From NCBI RefSeq assembly GCF_009914755.1, contig NC_060932.1: 64,000 nucleotides of DNA; one strand, given 5' to 3'. Shown here piece by piece: positions 61,479 to 64,000 of this stretch (the first letter of the stretch is position 1; each line of letters starts with the position of its first letter). Below the pieces are notes generated by a model, which saw only the letters and a program-made list of their open reading frames with translations, did no database searches and was not told the origin of the DNA. The DNA is from the human T2T-CHM13v2.0 reference genome, Homo sapiens. Both the position numbers and the translations under genes were made by a program.

Positions 61479-62147
61479 GAGTCAAGGTCAGATACAGTCG
61501 AATCAGAGTCAAGGTCAAGTTTCATAGTCAGCTTTAGGGTAGTGTCAAAGTAAAGATAAGGGGTTAGGTCAAGGTCAAGAGCAGGGTGAACTGCAGGTTC
61601 AGATTAACAGATGAAGGGGAAAGTGATGGTCATGACCAATGTCATGATGAGGGTCACAGAGAAGTCCAGGTCAGCATATGGGTGGGTGCCAAGTTTAGAG
61701 TTAAGGTCTGAGTGAGGGTAGTATTAGAGTCAGGGTCAATATCAGGGTTAGGTGCTAGCTCACAGTGTGGTTAAGGTCAGAGCAATGCCATGGTAAGGAG
61801 AAGTGTGAGGTGGGGCATCTGAGGATCTGTGTCACGATCAGACTCAGTGTAGGCATATTCAGGTCACAGCCAGCATCAGGGTGAAAAGGCCTTTCACGGA
61901 TCAGCATCCAAGTCAATGTCAGGTTCAGACTCATGATGAGGGTCAGAGTCAGGGTCATATGAAAGGCAGATGGAAGGTAAATAAGGTTTATTGCCATGGT
62001 CAGCAGTAGAGTGAGGTTCCGGGTTAGGATCTGTGGCGTTCAGGAGTACAATGAGGCTAGGGGTTATGGTCAGGACCAAGATCATAGTGAAGATCAGGGT
62101 CAGAATGAGGATACAGGTCAGGCTTGGGTGAGGGTAAGTTCAGATAT

Positions 62148-62537
62148 TATTATGGGGATATTATCTTGGATTATCCAGGTGGGCCGAGTCCAATCACATG
62201 AGTCCTTAAAGGCAGAGGACCTCTCCCGGCTATAGTTATAAAGCGAGATGTGACTAGGAAAGGAAGGCCACAGAAATGCAGCATTACTGGCTTTGAGGAT
62301 GGAGGGAAAGACCATAAGCCAAGGAATGCGGAAGCCTCTAGAAAGTTAAAAGGTGAAGAAATAGATTCTCCTTTAGAGCCTCCAGCAAGGAATTTCAGGC
62401 CAGTGAGGTCTGTACCAGACTTACAAAAGCTACAGAACTATAATGTAACATTACAAATTTGCATCCACTTAAGCCACTAGGTTAAGGTGACTTGTTATGT
62501 TCTACATAACAAATTATGTTATGTAGAAAACTAATAT
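62148..62537 (+). mobile_element. MLT1D/E-like (MaLR) LTR
   Basis: attatcttggattatccaggtgggcc..aatcacatgagtccttaaa..agccaaggaatgc..gattctcctttagagcctccag. Confidence 0.8.
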
Positions 62538-63244
62538 AGTTAGGATCATGTTGTCTGTTAAGTTTAGGGTCCATGTGAGTGTCAGCAGGGGGTCAGGGTC
62601 ATACCAAAGGTCAAGGGCAGGTTTGGGATCAGAATGAGGGTCAGAGACAATGTGATGGTCAGGGTAAGAGTGAATTTGATGGTCAAGGTCAGATTCAGTG
62701 TCAGAGTTCAAGTAGAAATGAGGTTCAAGGTCAGAGCAAAGGCAAGAATCAGAAATAGTGTTAGGTGAACATCAGAGTCAAAGGGTGAGGGCCAGGGTCA
62801 TGTCAAGGGTTAGAATCTACTTGAGAGTCACAAACAGTGTCAGGGACAAAGTAAGTGTCAGAGACCAGGTCAGGAGAGAACCAGATGTGGGTCAAGGTGA
62901 TGATGAGGCTAGGAGCCAATGTCAAGTTCAAGGTGAGTGTCATGGTCAGGGGTAGGGTGAGAGTCACCATCAGGGTGAGATTCAGGTTCCGGGTAATGGT
63001 TAGAGTTAATGATCAATGTCAGAGTGAGCAAAATGTTGGGAGTCAGAGTCAGGGTGAGGGTCAGGGTCAGAGTGGGGGGGGGGGGGTCTGTTATGGGGTC
63101 AAAGTCAAAGTCAAGATCAGGATCAGCATTAGGGTCTGGCTGGGTCATGGTGGTCATCACAAGCAGTGTCAGAGTGAATGTCAGGATCAGACTGTGGGTG
63201 AGTGTGAGATCCATAGGTAGGGTCATAGTCAGTGTGATGTCAGG

Positions 63245-63310
63245 GTCAAAGTGAAGGTCACCTTAAAATAAGGATGTCAAAGTGAAGGTCACCTTAAAAT
63301 AAGGATGTCA
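63245..63310 (+). repeat. Perfect 31-bp tandem duplication
   Basis: gtcaaagtgaaggtcaccttaaaataaggat x2. Confidence 0.9.
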
Positions 63311-64000
63311 GAGGGAAGATCAGCATCAGAGTCAGTTCCAGGGTCAAGGCTAGGTTCAAGGTAAGAAAGAAAAGATAGTCAAGCTCTGGGTTGAGTGTGA
63401 GAGTCAAGGTCATGGTCAGGTTTAGGCTCACAGCAGGGGTGAGGTTTAGGATCAGGGACAGAGTCAGGATCAGGCTGAAGGTGAGGGTCAGATAATTTTC
63501 AGGATGGGTGTCAGGATCAAAAATAGAGTGAGAGTCAGGTGAGGGCCAGTGTGATGGTCAGGGTCAAGGTCAGGTTCTCAGTAAGAGTAAATTAAGGATG
63601 TAGGTTAAGGCTGGAGCAAAGCCCAGGTCTATGCAGCAGGAGGGTTATAGTCTTTCAGTGTCAACTTCATGGTCAGGCTGGGTGTCAGGGTCAGGCGACT
63701 GTCAGGGTCTTGGTGGCTCCATATCAGTCATGGTGAAGGGTCAGTTAAGTTCAGGGTCAGTTAAGTTCAAGATCAGGTGCAAGCTACTGTGGAAAATTGA
63801 GAAAGTTCATAGCTGTGACTTTCACTAACATTTGTTAACTACATTTTTTCCCCTAGAGAGTGCAAATTGACCTATTTATTCCAGGCAGAGAAAAAAAGGC
63901 AGAAAAGCCCAGGTGCTATGAGAAAGCAATTAAGAAGGGCATAGACCCCCCCCCCCCGCCAACTAGGTCAGCGTTAAATCACAGCCCACCTGAGCCTAAG

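Larger units (their letters stand above)
60535..63780 (+). repeat. Ancient degenerate hexamer array (TCAGGG/TGAGGG/TTAGGG-like)
   Basis: Pervasive 6-nt period: gtcagggtcagggttagg, agagtcagggtgagggtcagggtcagag; VRVRVR and LTLTLT ORFs. Confidence 0.85.

Noticed and set aside
62758-63254. VRVRVR / LTLTLT / DPDPD ORFs
   Set aside because: Translation of the hexamer array

Overview
Primate (very probably human) non-coding, repeat-rich genomic DNA; no intact protein-coding gene is evident. The left half (about 9.3-25 kb) is a transposed block of the immunoglobulin lambda V locus on the minus strand. It holds an IGLV8-family orphon with intact octamer, leader and 23-RSS, an IGLV5/clan IV-like pseudogene, and a heavily decayed clan I V relic. 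A cluster of L1-mediated retrocopies landed in this block. The first is a PTCH1 retrocopy whose CpG-rich 5' leader is fused directly to the last coding exon plus the full 3'UTR, creating a 118-aa ORF that ends in the PTCH1 C-terminal tail. The second is an unidentified 2.75-kb TSD-flanked insert about 40 bp away, and the third is an ATP6V1G1 processed pseudogene nested inside it. From recall, this combination matches the human 8q11 region near SPIDR (IGLV8OR8-1, ATP6V1G1P2, PTCH1 pseudogene); this was not verified. The right half contains MER4/MER41-group ERV1 remnants, a 1.3-kb (CAT)-type VNTR, an old L1MC riddled with Alus and an L1PA2, a decayed ~60-bp minisatellite, and a ~3-kb ancient (TCAGGG)-like array. 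Gene and repeat identities come from remembered consensus sequences, not database searches, and repeat boundaries are approximate.
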